Positions 8,369 to 16,803 of a stretch of 32,000 nt of DNA are shown piece after piece. Source of the stretch: Edaphobacter aggregans (GTDB lineage: Bacteria; Acidobacteriota; Terriglobia; Terriglobales; Acidobacteriaceae); NCBI RefSeq assembly GCF_003945235.1, contig NZ_RSDW01000001.1:990001-1022000 (forward strand), written 5' to 3'. A program made the translations under genes and the position numbers. Within the stretch, counting starts at the first letter, position 1; each line of letters starts with the position of its first letter. The notes beneath the pieces are model-generated. The model worked only from the letters and a program-made list of their open reading frames with translations, had not been told where the DNA came from and made no database searches.

Positions 8369-9028
8369 TCAAGCTAGCGATCGAAGCCAGCTGAAATTGA
8401 TGCCGAGGCGCCAGAAGGTGTAGCTGACGATCTCGTGGAGATGACGGCTGAAGAGGTCGTAGTTGCTGATGTGGCCTATGGTGGCGCGGGGGGAGGTGTA
8501 AACGTCGAGTCCGGCGTCGCGGCTGATCTCGCGGATGCGGAAGAGATGTGTACCGTCGGAGACGACGACGATATGGCGGAGATTATTTTCGTGGGCGATG
8601 GCGGCGAGGCGATGGACCTGCTGCTCGGTATTGAGGGAGCGGGTCTCTACGATGATGTTTCCGAAGGGGATTCCGTTGGCCAGAAGGAAGTCACGCCCGA
8701 CACCGCCCTCGGTGTTGCCGGAGTCTTTGTCGCTGCCGCCGCCGAGGGTGATGATGAGCGGGGCGATCTGCTTGCGATAGAGATCGACGGCGTGGTCGAG
8801 GCGGAAGTGCAGGGTCGGTGAGGGGCGGCCGGAATATTCTGCCGCTCCGAAGACGGCGATGGCGTCGGCCTGCTGGGCCTCGTCGCGGTTGGCTACGTCG
8901 TCAATCTGCCGGTAGACGTAGATGAACCAGGCGAGGGTCCCCAACAGGAAAAGGCCGAGGAGCCAGCGCAGGAGGGTGCCCGCTGTGGAGGGTCGGTTGC
9001 GGCGCAGATTGGAGGCAGAAGCGATCAT
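8369..9028 (-). CDS. YdcF/ElyC-type DUF218 family protein (membrane anchored)
   Basis: 219 aa with an N-terminal TM anchor LLRWLLGLFLLGTLAWFIYVY. DUF218-like motifs are IAVFGAAEY, LIITLGGGSDKD and IVVVSDGTHLFR. Confidence 0.7.
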   Translation of the reverse strand: MIASASNLRRNRPSTAGTLLRWLLGLFLLGTLAWFIYVYRQIDDVANRDEAQQADAIAVFGAAEYSGRPSPTLHFRLDHAVDLYRKQIAPLIITLGGGSDKDSGNTEGGVGRDFLLANGIPFGNIIVETRSLNTEQQVHRLAAIAHENNLRHIVVVSDGTHLFRIREISRDAGLDVYTSPRATIGHISNYDLFSRHLHEIVSYTFWRLGINFSWLRSLA

Positions 9029-9074
9029 TCGTTCAGGCGAAGATTGAGTGTACGCTATCGGGGATTTCAGACGG

Positions 9075-9785
9075 CTAGTGCTGGAGGGTTAAGGCGATTT
9101 CGTGGGTCGGAATGGCGCCTTCTCGCAGGATCATCCAGGAGTTACCGCCACCTGAGAGGTCGACGATGGTGGTCGCGGTGGAACGGGCGGTAGGGCCGCC
9201 GTCGACGATAAGGGGAATCTTATTACCGAGCTGGTCGCGGACGCCGTTGGCGTAGGTGCACTCGGGGAATCCGGAGAGATTAGCCGACGTTGCTGTGATG
9301 GGCAGGCCGAGCCGGGAGACTACAGCGCGGGGGATGGCTGCTTCGGGGACGCGCAGGGCGACGTTGCCGGTGTTGGCGGTAACGCGAAGGGGCAGCTTGG
9401 AGCCAGCCTTGACGACGATGGTCAGCGGGCCGGGCCAGAACTTTTCCGCAAGGCGGTCGAAGGCGGAGTCCACCTGACGGACGAGTTCGTAGGCCTGGGC
9501 CATCTCGGCGATGAGTAGAGAGAGCGGCTTGTGGCGGGCGCGGGACTTGATCTCGTAGATGCGATCGACGGCCTGAAGATTGACGGGGTCAACGGCGAGT
9601 CCGTAGAAGGTGTCGGTGGGGAGAGCTACAACCTTGCCACTGTGAAGACTGGCGACGACCTGGTCGATGCGGTCAGGTTCGGGCTCGTCGGGATGGATGC
9701 GGAGGGTCTCGGCCGTCAATTCATGGGCTCCTGTGCCGGGTGTGCGGCCATCTCGCAACATAGCATAGTGGGGCCGGTGGCTCAA
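9075..9785 (-). CDS. tsaC: L-threonylcarbamoyladenylate synthase (YrdC/Sua5 family)
   Basis: YrdC-domain motifs are VVALPTDTFYGLAVDP, KSRARHKPLSLLI, WPGPLT, VALRVP and TSANLSG. A start at 9761 (MLRDG) is also possible. Confidence 0.85.
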   Translation of the reverse strand: MSHRPHYAMLRDGRTPGTGAHELTAETLRIHPDEPEPDRIDQVVASLHSGKVVALPTDTFYGLAVDPVNLQAVDRIYEIKSRARHKPLSLLIAEMAQAYELVRQVDSAFDRLAEKFWPGPLTIVVKAGSKLPLRVTANTGNVALRVPEAAIPRAVVSRLGLPITATSANLSGFPECTYANGVRDQLGNKIPLIVDGGPTARSTATTIVDLSGGGNSWMILREGAIPTHEIALTLQH

Positions 9786-9838
9786 TGGCGAGAGGTCGGT
9801 CGGGTATATTCGATCTCATTCGAGCAGGGGAAGGGCTC

Positions 9839-10336
9839 ATGACGGTTCTGCACCGCATTTCACCGGCGATGGCTTCGCACTATAAGGCGGTTCGGCTGCG
9901 GGCGCTGCTCGATACGCCTAACGCGTTTGGCAGCACGTATCTCAGGGAGTCGCAGTTCACTGAGGAAGAGTGGAGTAAGCGCGCTGCGAATCTGGACGGT
10001 GAGCGGGCGGTGGGTTATCTGGCGTTAGACGGCGGCCAATATTGCGGCATCGTGGGCTGTTTTATGCACGAGGATGATCCGCTCAAGGCAAATTTGGTTT
10101 CTATGTGGGTTGCACCGGAGTACCGGCGGCTGGGCGTTGGCCGGTTGCTGGTCGATGCGGTTCAGTCGTGGGCGGCAGATCGTGGGGTGAAGACTCTGCT
10201 GCTGATGGTAACCAGTTGCAATCAGGATGCGATGGAGTTCTACAGGCGCATCGGGTTTTCGATGACGGGCCGTACGGAGCCTTATCCAAACGATCCGGCG
10301 CTCATCGAGCATGAGATGTCGACGCAGCTTGCTTAG
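9839..10336 (+). CDS. GNAT-family N-acetyltransferase
   Basis: Acetyl-CoA motif A is YRRLGVGRLLVDAV (R-x-x-G-x-G). ATG 9839 is preceded by the purine-rich ggggaaggg. The track start at 9785 would abut the divergent tsaC start codon, so I prefer 9839. Confidence 0.8.
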   Translation: MTVLHRISPAMASHYKAVRLRALLDTPNAFGSTYLRESQFTEEEWSKRAANLDGERAVGYLALDGGQYCGIVGCFMHEDDPLKANLVSMWVAPEYRRLGVGRLLVDAVQSWAADRGVKTLLLMVTSCNQDAMEFYRRIGFSMTGRTEPYPNDPALIEHEMSTQLA

Positions 10337-10376
10337 CCTTCGCGGTGCCGTTTTGTGCGGCGTAAGATTCTGAGAG

Positions 10377-11174
10377 ATGGCTACTTCAGAAATACTGGTT
10401 TCGAGCAGGGCGAATGCGCGGGTGAAGCAGCTGCGGGCGGCGTTTGCCGGGCAGGCGCGGCTGAGTGGTGGCATGGTGGCGATTGAAGGTGACCATCTGC
10501 TGGAAGAGGCTTTGTTGAGCGGGATGGTTTTGGAGACGGTGTTTGTGAGCGAGCGCCGGGAGGTTCCGCGGATGGTGCCGCGTGCGGTGGAGGTGCTGCG
10601 CCTGACCGAGGAGGTCTTCGGGAGCGCGGTGGAGACGCGGTCTCCGCAGGGAGTGGCCGCGCTGATGGTGCCTCCCGCGCATCGAATGGAAGATGTGATG
10701 AAGGGGACACCGTTGATCTTAATTGCGGCGGGATTGCAGGATCCGGGGAATCTGGGGACGCTGATTCGTTCGGCGGAGGCCTTTGGTGCTTCGGGTGTGC
10801 TGACGACGCCGGGAACCGTGAGCGCGTGGAATCAGAAGGCGCTGCGGGCAAGTGTTGGAAGTGTGTTTCGCATGCCGGTGGTTGCGGCAACGGAGGTTGA
10901 TGTTGCGGGGTTGAAGGAGTGGGGCCTGCGCTTGCTGGCAGCGGTTGGAGGCTCGGACGCGACGGCGGCGCAGGATACGGACTTTGCCGGGTCTTGTGCT
11001 CTGATGATTGGGAATGAAGGCGCGGGGCTGGGCGCGGAGTGGATGGGGATGGCCGATGAGCGGGTGACGATTCCCTGCCCCGGCCCAGTGGAGAGTCTGA
11101 ACGCGGCGGTGGCGGGGTCGTTGCTGTTGTATGAAGCTTCGCGGCAGCGGGCAGCGGCTGGAGCGGCGCGATGA
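10377..11174 (+). CDS. TrmH/SpoU-family RNA 2'-O-methyltransferase
   Basis: SPOUT motifs are LIAAGLQDPGNLGTLIRSAEAFG, MIGNEGAGL and VESLNAAVAGSLLLYE. The stop overlaps the rarA start (ATGA at 11171-11174). Confidence 0.88.
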   Translation: MATSEILVSSRANARVKQLRAAFAGQARLSGGMVAIEGDHLLEEALLSGMVLETVFVSERREVPRMVPRAVEVLRLTEEVFGSAVETRSPQGVAALMVPPAHRMEDVMKGTPLILIAAGLQDPGNLGTLIRSAEAFGASGVLTTPGTVSAWNQKALRASVGSVFRMPVVAATEVDVAGLKEWGLRLLAAVGGSDATAAQDTDFAGSCALMIGNEGAGLGAEWMGMADERVTIPCPGPVESLNAAVAGSLLLYEASRQRAAAGAAR

Positions 11175-12520
11175 GCCTGTTCGACACCAGTCCGATTGCT
11201 GCTGCCAGTGGACGCGCACGTCAGGCTCCGCTGGCCGAGAGGATGCGGCCTCACACGCTCGACGAGTACGTGGGGCAGGAGCATCTGCTGGGACCGGGCA
11301 AGCCGCTGCGGCTGGCGATTGAGAGCGATGATGCGACGTCGATGATCTTCTGGGGGCCTCCGGGGACGGGTAAGACGACGCTGGCGCAGATTATTGCGCG
11401 GATGACACAGGCCAGCTTCATCGAGTTTTCGGCGGTGCTCAGTGGGATCAAAGAGATCAAGCAGGTGATGGTGGAGGCTGAGAAGGCGGCGGGGTTCGGA
11501 TCGCGCACCATCCTGTTCGTGGATGAGATTCACCGGTTCAACAAGGCTCAGCAGGATGCGTTTCTGCCGTATGTCGAACGCGGAACGATCCGGCTGATCG
11601 GAGCTACGACGGAGAATCCTTCGTTCGAGATTATTGCGGCGCTTTTGTCGCGGTGCAGGGTTTACACGCTGGTCGCGTTGACTGAAGAGCAGATCGTCTC
11701 TCTGTTGCAGCGCGCGCTTACGGATGCAAAGCGTGGCTTGGGAGCTTCGGGAGTTGAGGCCGATGAAGATGCGCTGGCGACGATTGCGTCGTACTCCAGT
11801 GGTGATGCGCGGAATGCTTTGAATGCGCTTGAAGTAGCTGCGAAGATCGCTCAAGGGCGCGGCGAGCGCGTCATCACGAAGGCGATTGCCGCTGAGGCGT
11901 TGCAGCGGCGGGTGCTGCTGTACGACAAGAAGGGCGAGCAGCACTATGACATTATTTCGGCGCTGCACAAGAGTGTGCGGAACAGCGATCCCGATGCCGC
12001 ATTGTACTGGCTGGGGCGGATGCTCGAAGCTGGCGAAGACCCGATGTATGTCGCGCGGCGTGTGGTGCGAATGGCCGTGGAGGATATAGGGCTGGCGGCT
12101 CCTGAGGCGCTGAATCTTTGCCTGTCGGCGAAGGATGCGATGCATTTTCTGGGGCATCCCGAGGGCGAACTGGCGTTGGCGCAAGCTGTGGTTTATCTCG
12201 CGCTAGCTCCGAAGTCGAACGCGGTGTACACGGCCTATGGTGCGGTGAAGGCGGACATTGAAGCTACGGCAGCAGAGCCAGTGCCGCTGCATCTGCGCAA
12301 CGCTCCGACGAAGCTGATGAAGGAGCTCGACTACGGCAGGGATTACCAGTACGCGCATGATGTCGAAGGGCGCGTAGCGGATATGGAATGTCTCCCGCCA
12401 TCGCTGGCGGGACGGCGATATTACCAACCGACGGGCGAGGGGCGCGAAAAGCTGCTGGTTCAACGGATGGATGAGATTGCCCGGATCAAGGCTGACAAGA
12501 AGGCTGCCAAGCGGGAGTAA
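11171..12520 (+). CDS. rarA: replication-associated recombination protein A (AAA+ ATPase RarA/MgsA)
   Basis: Walker A is MIFWGPPGTGKTTLA and Walker B is ILFVDEIHRFNK. A MgsA C-terminal region is present (ISALHKSVRNSDPDAALYWLGRMLEAGEDP, DYGRDYQYAHD). Confidence 0.93.
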   Translation: MSLFDTSPIAAASGRARQAPLAERMRPHTLDEYVGQEHLLGPGKPLRLAIESDDATSMIFWGPPGTGKTTLAQIIARMTQASFIEFSAVLSGIKEIKQVMVEAEKAAGFGSRTILFVDEIHRFNKAQQDAFLPYVERGTIRLIGATTENPSFEIIAALLSRCRVYTLVALTEEQIVSLLQRALTDAKRGLGASGVEADEDALATIASYSSGDARNALNALEVAAKIAQGRGERVITKAIAAEALQRRVLLYDKKGEQHYDIISALHKSVRNSDPDAALYWLGRMLEAGEDPMYVARRVVRMAVEDIGLAAPEALNLCLSAKDAMHFLGHPEGELALAQAVVYLALAPKSNAVYTAYGAVKADIEATAAEPVPLHLRNAPTKLMKELDYGRDYQYAHDVEGRVADMECLPPSLAGRRYYQPTGEGREKLLVQRMDEIARIKADKKAAKRE

Positions 12521-12528
12521 GGCGTTAT

Positions 12529-13131
12529 CTAGTCCTTATACTTCACCGAGCAGCCATAGGGGCGCGTGCTGGACATTGGGACCGGTTTACCGGCCATGGC
12601 AGCGTTGAGCGCTTCGTTCAGGTAGTTGTGCGCGTGCTGGACATCTGCTAGATCCGTCGTTGGCCTGTCGTCGATGGCACCCTGATAGATGAGCTTGCCC
12701 GTGGGATCAATCACGAAGATGTGCGGCGTTGTCTTGGCCTGATAGAGATGGCCGATGGTTCCCGTCGGGTCGAGGATTGCTGCGGTTGGTGCGGCGTGCA
12801 TGGTCTTGAGGTACTGGTTCTCTTCGGCAGGGGTTACGTTGCCCTGCTCGCCGGGCGCAGAGGATAGGATGGAGAGCCAGACGACACCTTTGTCGGTCCA
12901 CTCCTTCTGCAACGCCTCCATGTTGCCGCTGAGGTAGTGCTTCTGCTCATAGGGGCAGCCCTTGTTGGCCCATTCGAGCACAACGTACTTGCCGCGATAC
13001 TGGGAGAGTGTGTGGGTGACGCCGTTGGAGTCGGTGCCCTTGAAGTCGGGGGCCTGAGTTCCGGGCGTCAGGGAGAGTGCGGGAAGGACACACAGTGTCA
13101 GGACGAGGGAGAGAAGATTGCGGCAGGCCAT
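12529..13131 (-). CDS. secreted thioredoxin-fold redoxin (AhpC/TSA-like, CPY active-site type)
   Basis: Signal peptide is MACRNLLSLVLTLCVLPALSL. The thioredoxin-fold segment is YVVLEWANKGCPYEQKHY, with a second Cys near the C-terminus (YGCSVKY). A GGAGGTG SD lies 5 nt upstream of the ATG. Confidence 0.75.
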   Translation of the reverse strand: MACRNLLSLVLTLCVLPALSLTPGTQAPDFKGTDSNGVTHTLSQYRGKYVVLEWANKGCPYEQKHYLSGNMEALQKEWTDKGVVWLSILSSAPGEQGNVTPAEENQYLKTMHAAPTAAILDPTGTIGHLYQAKTTPHIFVIDPTGKLIYQGAIDDRPTTDLADVQHAHNYLNEALNAAMAGKPVPMSSTRPYGCSVKYKD

Positions 13132-13206
13132 GCAGTCACCTCCACATCTGCTGCTTCGATATTTTGCGACTGGAACAGGACGGTGTGCAATAGCCGCCCG
13201 GCAATG

Positions 13207-13599
13207 CTAGGCGGGAGCGAGCATGTTGGCGTCGCGCCAGATGCGCCACCGGCCATCGTCACCGCGGCGAAGAACGGTGAGCGTGTTCCCGGCGCGCTTG
13301 ACGGTAGCGCCTCCAGCAAGTGGCGTAATTTTGACTTCAAGCAGGTTCCAGCAGACGGCAACATCGCCGTTAATGCTGATCTCCTGTATGTTAGAGCGCG
13401 CTTCGATGTTGACAGCCTCGATCATGGATTTGAAGCCAGTGGCGAAATCCTGGCGGCGCATCGGTATATTGCCGGCCGTCAGAAAGACGACGTCTTCGGT
13501 CACTAAATGAAGGAGGGCCGTGAGATCGCCGTCACGGGTAGCCTCGGCCCAGGTGTCGATGAGGGCGCGAATCTGCTGCTCGTCTGTCTTGGTGCTCAT
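13207..13599 (-). CDS. NTF2-like fold protein (SnoaL/DUF4440 type), no signal peptide
   Basis: 130 aa. The segment IRALIDTWAEATRDGDLTALLHLVTEDVVFL is typical of DUF4440/SgcJ-like NTF2 proteins. Its start overlaps the dsbD stop (ATGA at 13596-13599). Confidence 0.7.
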   Translation of the reverse strand: MSTKTDEQQIRALIDTWAEATRDGDLTALLHLVTEDVVFLTAGNIPMRRQDFATGFKSMIEAVNIEARSNIQEISINGDVAVCWNLLEVKITPLAGGATVKRAGNTLTVLRRGDDGRWRIWRDANMLAPA

Positions 13600-15704
13600 T
13601 GTTTCGTAACCCGTTGAAGAGCGGTGAGAACGATGTCCTTGGTGAGGAGTTCAGGGAGGACGTCGGCGTTGCCGGTGGCGCTGGCCGGATAGATCACGTA
13701 GGTGGGGACTCCACTGCGGCCTACCGAGGCGAGTCGCTTGGTGATCTCGGGATCGTACTGGGTCCAGTCGGCCTTGAGCAGGGTGATGTTGTGCTCGGCG
13801 AATTGGCGCTGCACTTCGGCGGACCGGAGAACGAGGCGCTCGTTGACCTGACAGCTGAGGCACCAGGCGGCGGTGAAGTCGATGAAGACGGGATGACCTG
13901 CGGCGCGTGCCTGATCGAGTGCCTGCTGCGAGTACGGCTGCCAGGCGAGGGTGGTGTCCTTGGGCTGGTAGAGCGGAATGGCCAGCGCAATGGTGGCGAT
14001 AAGGACAGCAGCGATTGCGCTGGACCAGCGCGCAGGCCATCTGCCCAAAGCCCATCCGGCGATTGCGATCATCAGAAAGCAAAGCAGCAGTTTGGCGAGG
14101 TGGTCGATGCCCTGACCGGTCGCGGAGAACAGGTGTCCGTAGACCCAGGCTAACCAGATGACGGTAGCGAAGAAGATAACGGCGGTGATCTGCTTGAAGA
14201 TCTCCATCCATGCGCCGGGACGTGGGAGAAGCTTCGTCCATGCGGGCTGGAAACTCAATAGTAGATAAGGTGTGGCGAGTCCAAGAGCGAGTGCAGTGAA
14301 GACCGCAACAGTGATCCACGCGGGCTCGGCAAGGGCAAAGCCAATGGCCGCGCCCATCAGCGGTGCAGTGCAGGGAGTGGCCACGATGGTGGCGAGAACT
14401 CCGGTGAAGAAGCTGCCGGTGTAGCCCTGCTTTTGAGCAAGTTCGCCGCCGACGCTGGTGAGCGAGAGGCCGATATCAAACTGTCCTGCAAGCGAAAGAG
14501 CGAAGAAGAAGAGGCCCGAGGCCAGAATAACGAGAAAGACTGGCGATTGGAGTTGGAAGCCCCATCCAGCCTGACTTCCCCCGGCGCGCAGAGCCAGCAG
14601 GACGGCAACAATGATCCAGAACGAGACGAGGATGCCGAGGGTGTAGACGAGGCCGTGGCTGCGGAGACGGCTGCGTTCCTCGTTCGAAGACTGCACGAGC
14701 GCAAGGCCCTTGAGGAAGAGCACAGGGAAGACGCAGGGCATCAGGTTGAGAATGATGCCGCCCAGGAACGCGAGACCGATGGCAGTCAGTGTAGTGATCC
14801 CACTCTCGGCGCCTGCAGGAGTCTTACTGCGTGAGGCAGCGGGGATCTCGCCGGGAGTGACGGGCGCGGTAATCTCGTAGGCCACCTTATCGGAGAGCTT
14901 GATTAGACCGTGAAGCTGCGCGGGGAGCTTCGTGAGCTCAGGAGAGCGCGGGACACGGAGACGGACGCCGTTGGGGAGCGGCTCGATGGTCTGGTCGGCG
15001 GCATTGGCGATCTGCTCCTGATCGAAGGGGTAGAACTCAGCATCGGTCACGCGCTCGCCGGTGATGAGGTCGAGGACGAACTCCGATTTGCCGCCAGTGA
15101 TGGTGAGTTTCGCATCAGACGGCAGCGGCTGGGGCAGAAGAGTCAGTGCCTCACCAAGCGCGCCTACAGGCTGGGTGGGTGTGGTTGCTGCAGGATCGAC
15201 GGTGAGGCTGAGGCCGAGGTGAGCCTTGCCGGGAATGCAGACTTCGCGACAGACGAGCCAGTTAACCTTGGCGTCGAGATGGATGGGGCCGGGCTTGATG
15301 TCTTTTGCTGCGGTGAGCAGAACGGGAAAGGCAACCGAATCTTCGTAGCCGAAGTCCATCAGTGGGCCGAGCGGAAGTCGGCTGGGGATGGGAAACTGCA
15401 TGGGCCCGGCCGTGATGCCTGGAGGCAGCGTCCAAGTGATTTTTGGTGGATCCCCGGAGTCGCCGGCGTTGACCCAGTAGACGTGCCAGTGCTCCTCGAG
15501 CGTGAGGACGAGGCCGACCTGAAGGGTTCCGCCCGGGGCAATAGAGGGGGCAAGCGAGACGAGCTCGGCGGTGAGGTGCTGGGCCTTGACCGGGCCGGGG
15601 CCACCGTCGCCGACAACCTGGATCTGCGCGTTTGCGGCAGTGCCAACTGCAAAGAGGGCGCAAAAGAGGAGCACGAAGATGGCGAGGCGGTGGCGAATGT
15701 TCAT
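13596..15704 (-). CDS. dsbD: DsbD/ScsB-like thiol:disulfide electron transporter (three-domain)
   Basis: Signal peptide is MNIRHRLAIFVLLFCALFAVGTAANA. The large periplasmic N-domain carries a Cys pair (LVCREVCIPG). The central CcdA/DsbD transmembrane core has conserved Cys in LMPCVFPVL and ATPCTAPL. The C-terminal thioredoxin domain is FIDFTAAWCLSCQ. Confidence 0.9.
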   Translation of the reverse strand: MNIRHRLAIFVLLFCALFAVGTAANAQIQVVGDGGPGPVKAQHLTAELVSLAPSIAPGGTLQVGLVLTLEEHWHVYWVNAGDSGDPPKITWTLPPGITAGPMQFPIPSRLPLGPLMDFGYEDSVAFPVLLTAAKDIKPGPIHLDAKVNWLVCREVCIPGKAHLGLSLTVDPAATTPTQPVGALGEALTLLPQPLPSDAKLTITGGKSEFVLDLITGERVTDAEFYPFDQEQIANAADQTIEPLPNGVRLRVPRSPELTKLPAQLHGLIKLSDKVAYEITAPVTPGEIPAASRSKTPAGAESGITTLTAIGLAFLGGIILNLMPCVFPVLFLKGLALVQSSNEERSRLRSHGLVYTLGILVSFWIIVAVLLALRAGGSQAGWGFQLQSPVFLVILASGLFFFALSLAGQFDIGLSLTSVGGELAQKQGYTGSFFTGVLATIVATPCTAPLMGAAIGFALAEPAWITVAVFTALALGLATPYLLLSFQPAWTKLLPRPGAWMEIFKQITAVIFFATVIWLAWVYGHLFSATGQGIDHLAKLLLCFLMIAIAGWALGRWPARWSSAIAAVLIATIALAIPLYQPKDTTLAWQPYSQQALDQARAAGHPVFIDFTAAWCLSCQVNERLVLRSAEVQRQFAEHNITLLKADWTQYDPEITKRLASVGRSGVPTYVIYPASATGNADVLPELLTKDIVLTALQRVTKQ

Positions 15705-15746
15705 GAACCTTAATTGTAGGCTGAGTGTTGGACGTCAGTGAACGGT

Positions 15747-16181
15747 TTAAGCGAGTTCGAACTGCGAGAGCCCGGCGCGGCGATGTTCGACCATGATGCA
15801 GCGATCCATAACGACGTGAATTCCACCGGCTTCGGCGCGAGCAGCCGCTTCAGGGTGAATGATTCCCTGCTGGACCCAGAGATTTTTGAGACCAAGCTCC
15901 AGCATCTGATCGACGATGGCAGGAATGAACTTCGGCAGGCGGAAGACGTTCACGATGTCGGGTTTGATGGGTAGATCACTGAGGGTGGCGTACGACTTTT
16001 CGCCGAGAACAGATTCGACCAATGGATTGATCGGCAGAATGCGATAGCCGTGCTGCTGCATGTAGGTGGGGACATAGTTGCTGGGCTTGTCCGGATTGTC
16101 GGACAGGCCAATGACGGCAATAGTGCGGGGGTGTGCAGCCGGGTTGCCGAGCATTTCGCGGACGATCTCAGGTTCGTTCAT
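15747..16181 (-). CDS. CoA-binding domain protein (YccU/YneT family)
   Basis: From ATG 16181: MNEPEIVREMLGNPAAHPRTIAVIGLSDNPDKPSNYVPTYMQQHGYRILPINP. This matches the CoA-binding Rossmann-like family pattern. The upstream 83 codons of the track ORF overlap the DinB gene and are S/R/P-rich junk. Confidence 0.8.
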   Translation of the reverse strand: MNEPEIVREMLGNPAAHPRTIAVIGLSDNPDKPSNYVPTYMQQHGYRILPINPLVESVLGEKSYATLSDLPIKPDIVNVFRLPKFIPAIVDQMLELGLKNLWVQQGIIHPEAAARAEAGGIHVVMDRCIMVEHRRAGLSQFELA

Positions 16182-16218
16182 CGCTGTCCTTTTTCTCTTT
16201 GATTTCTTCCGAACCAGT

Positions 16219-16731
16219 TTACTTGTGCCATGCCCCGAGAAGGCGGCGCAAAACGACGAGTTCTCCGAGGTGGTAGGCGGAGTGATCGGCGACCAGCAGG
16301 GCTTCGCGCAGAAGATTTTGCCCGTCACCCCAGCGAAAGGGCTTGAAGAGATCGGCTTCGGGTTTGCTGATGAGCGCCTCGAAGTGTTCGAGGTCCTTGC
16401 GGATAGCGGCGATCGTCGCGTCCCAGGCATGCGCGGAGGGTGGCTCGGGAGACTCCGGCCAGTACGCCTCTGGCCACTTGAGCGGATGATAGCCGCCCGT
16501 CGGTGGGGCGCTGAAGTTCAGGATGTCGCGCTGGGCGATACGGAGATGCTCAAGCAGCTGCCACGCCGAATAAGGCAGATTGGGTGGCACAGTGCCGCGG
16601 TGCTCGATCGGAAAATCTTTAATCGCGTCCTCAAACGTGACGTGGGCCTCGCCTCCGCGAAGCAGGGCAACGAGCTGTTTACGCAGCTCGGCAGATGTAT
16701 CGGCTTTGGCAGGGGCTTTGGTTGCGCTCAT
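16219..16731 (-). CDS. DinB-superfamily protein
   Basis: 170 aa. A four-helix DinB-like pattern with His-containing segments is present: LLEHLRIAQRDIL and VADHSAYHLGELVVLRRLLG. Confidence 0.7.
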   Translation of the reverse strand: MSATKAPAKADTSAELRKQLVALLRGGEAHVTFEDAIKDFPIEHRGTVPPNLPYSAWQLLEHLRIAQRDILNFSAPPTGGYHPLKWPEAYWPESPEPPSAHAWDATIAAIRKDLEHFEALISKPEADLFKPFRWGDGQNLLREALLVADHSAYHLGELVVLRRLLGAWHK

Positions 16732-16803
16732 AGGTTTCCTCAGCAGTTGGATGCTTTAGGGCAGCATAAAGCTCCAACTGCGTGAGGATGTTATGGGAAC
16801 TGC

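Noticed and set aside
9785-9838. Upstream start (9785) for the GNAT gene
   Set aside because: It would begin at the same nucleotide as the divergent tsaC start, leaving no promoter space. ATG 9839 has a purine-rich SD-like element upstream.
10381-12184. Very long minus-strand ORFs (268, 166 and 450 aa) across trmH and rarA
   Set aside because: They are antisense to genes with unambiguous SPOUT and AAA+ motifs. The products are extremely Arg/Pro/Ser/Gln-rich low-complexity strings. Long stop-free antisense frames are expected at this GC content.
13599-15713. Plus-strand ORFs of 184, 133 and 267 aa, and minus-strand off-frame ORFs of 222, 115, 133 and 97 aa, within dsbD
   Set aside because: They are antisense or off-frame to a gene with clear DsbD domain architecture and have low-complexity G/E/D/R or S/P/R compositions.
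16182-16430. 83-codon N-terminal extension of the CoA-binding protein ORF
   Set aside because: The extension overlaps the 3' end of the DinB-family gene and is S/R/P/T-rich. The conserved family sequence begins right after ATG 16181.
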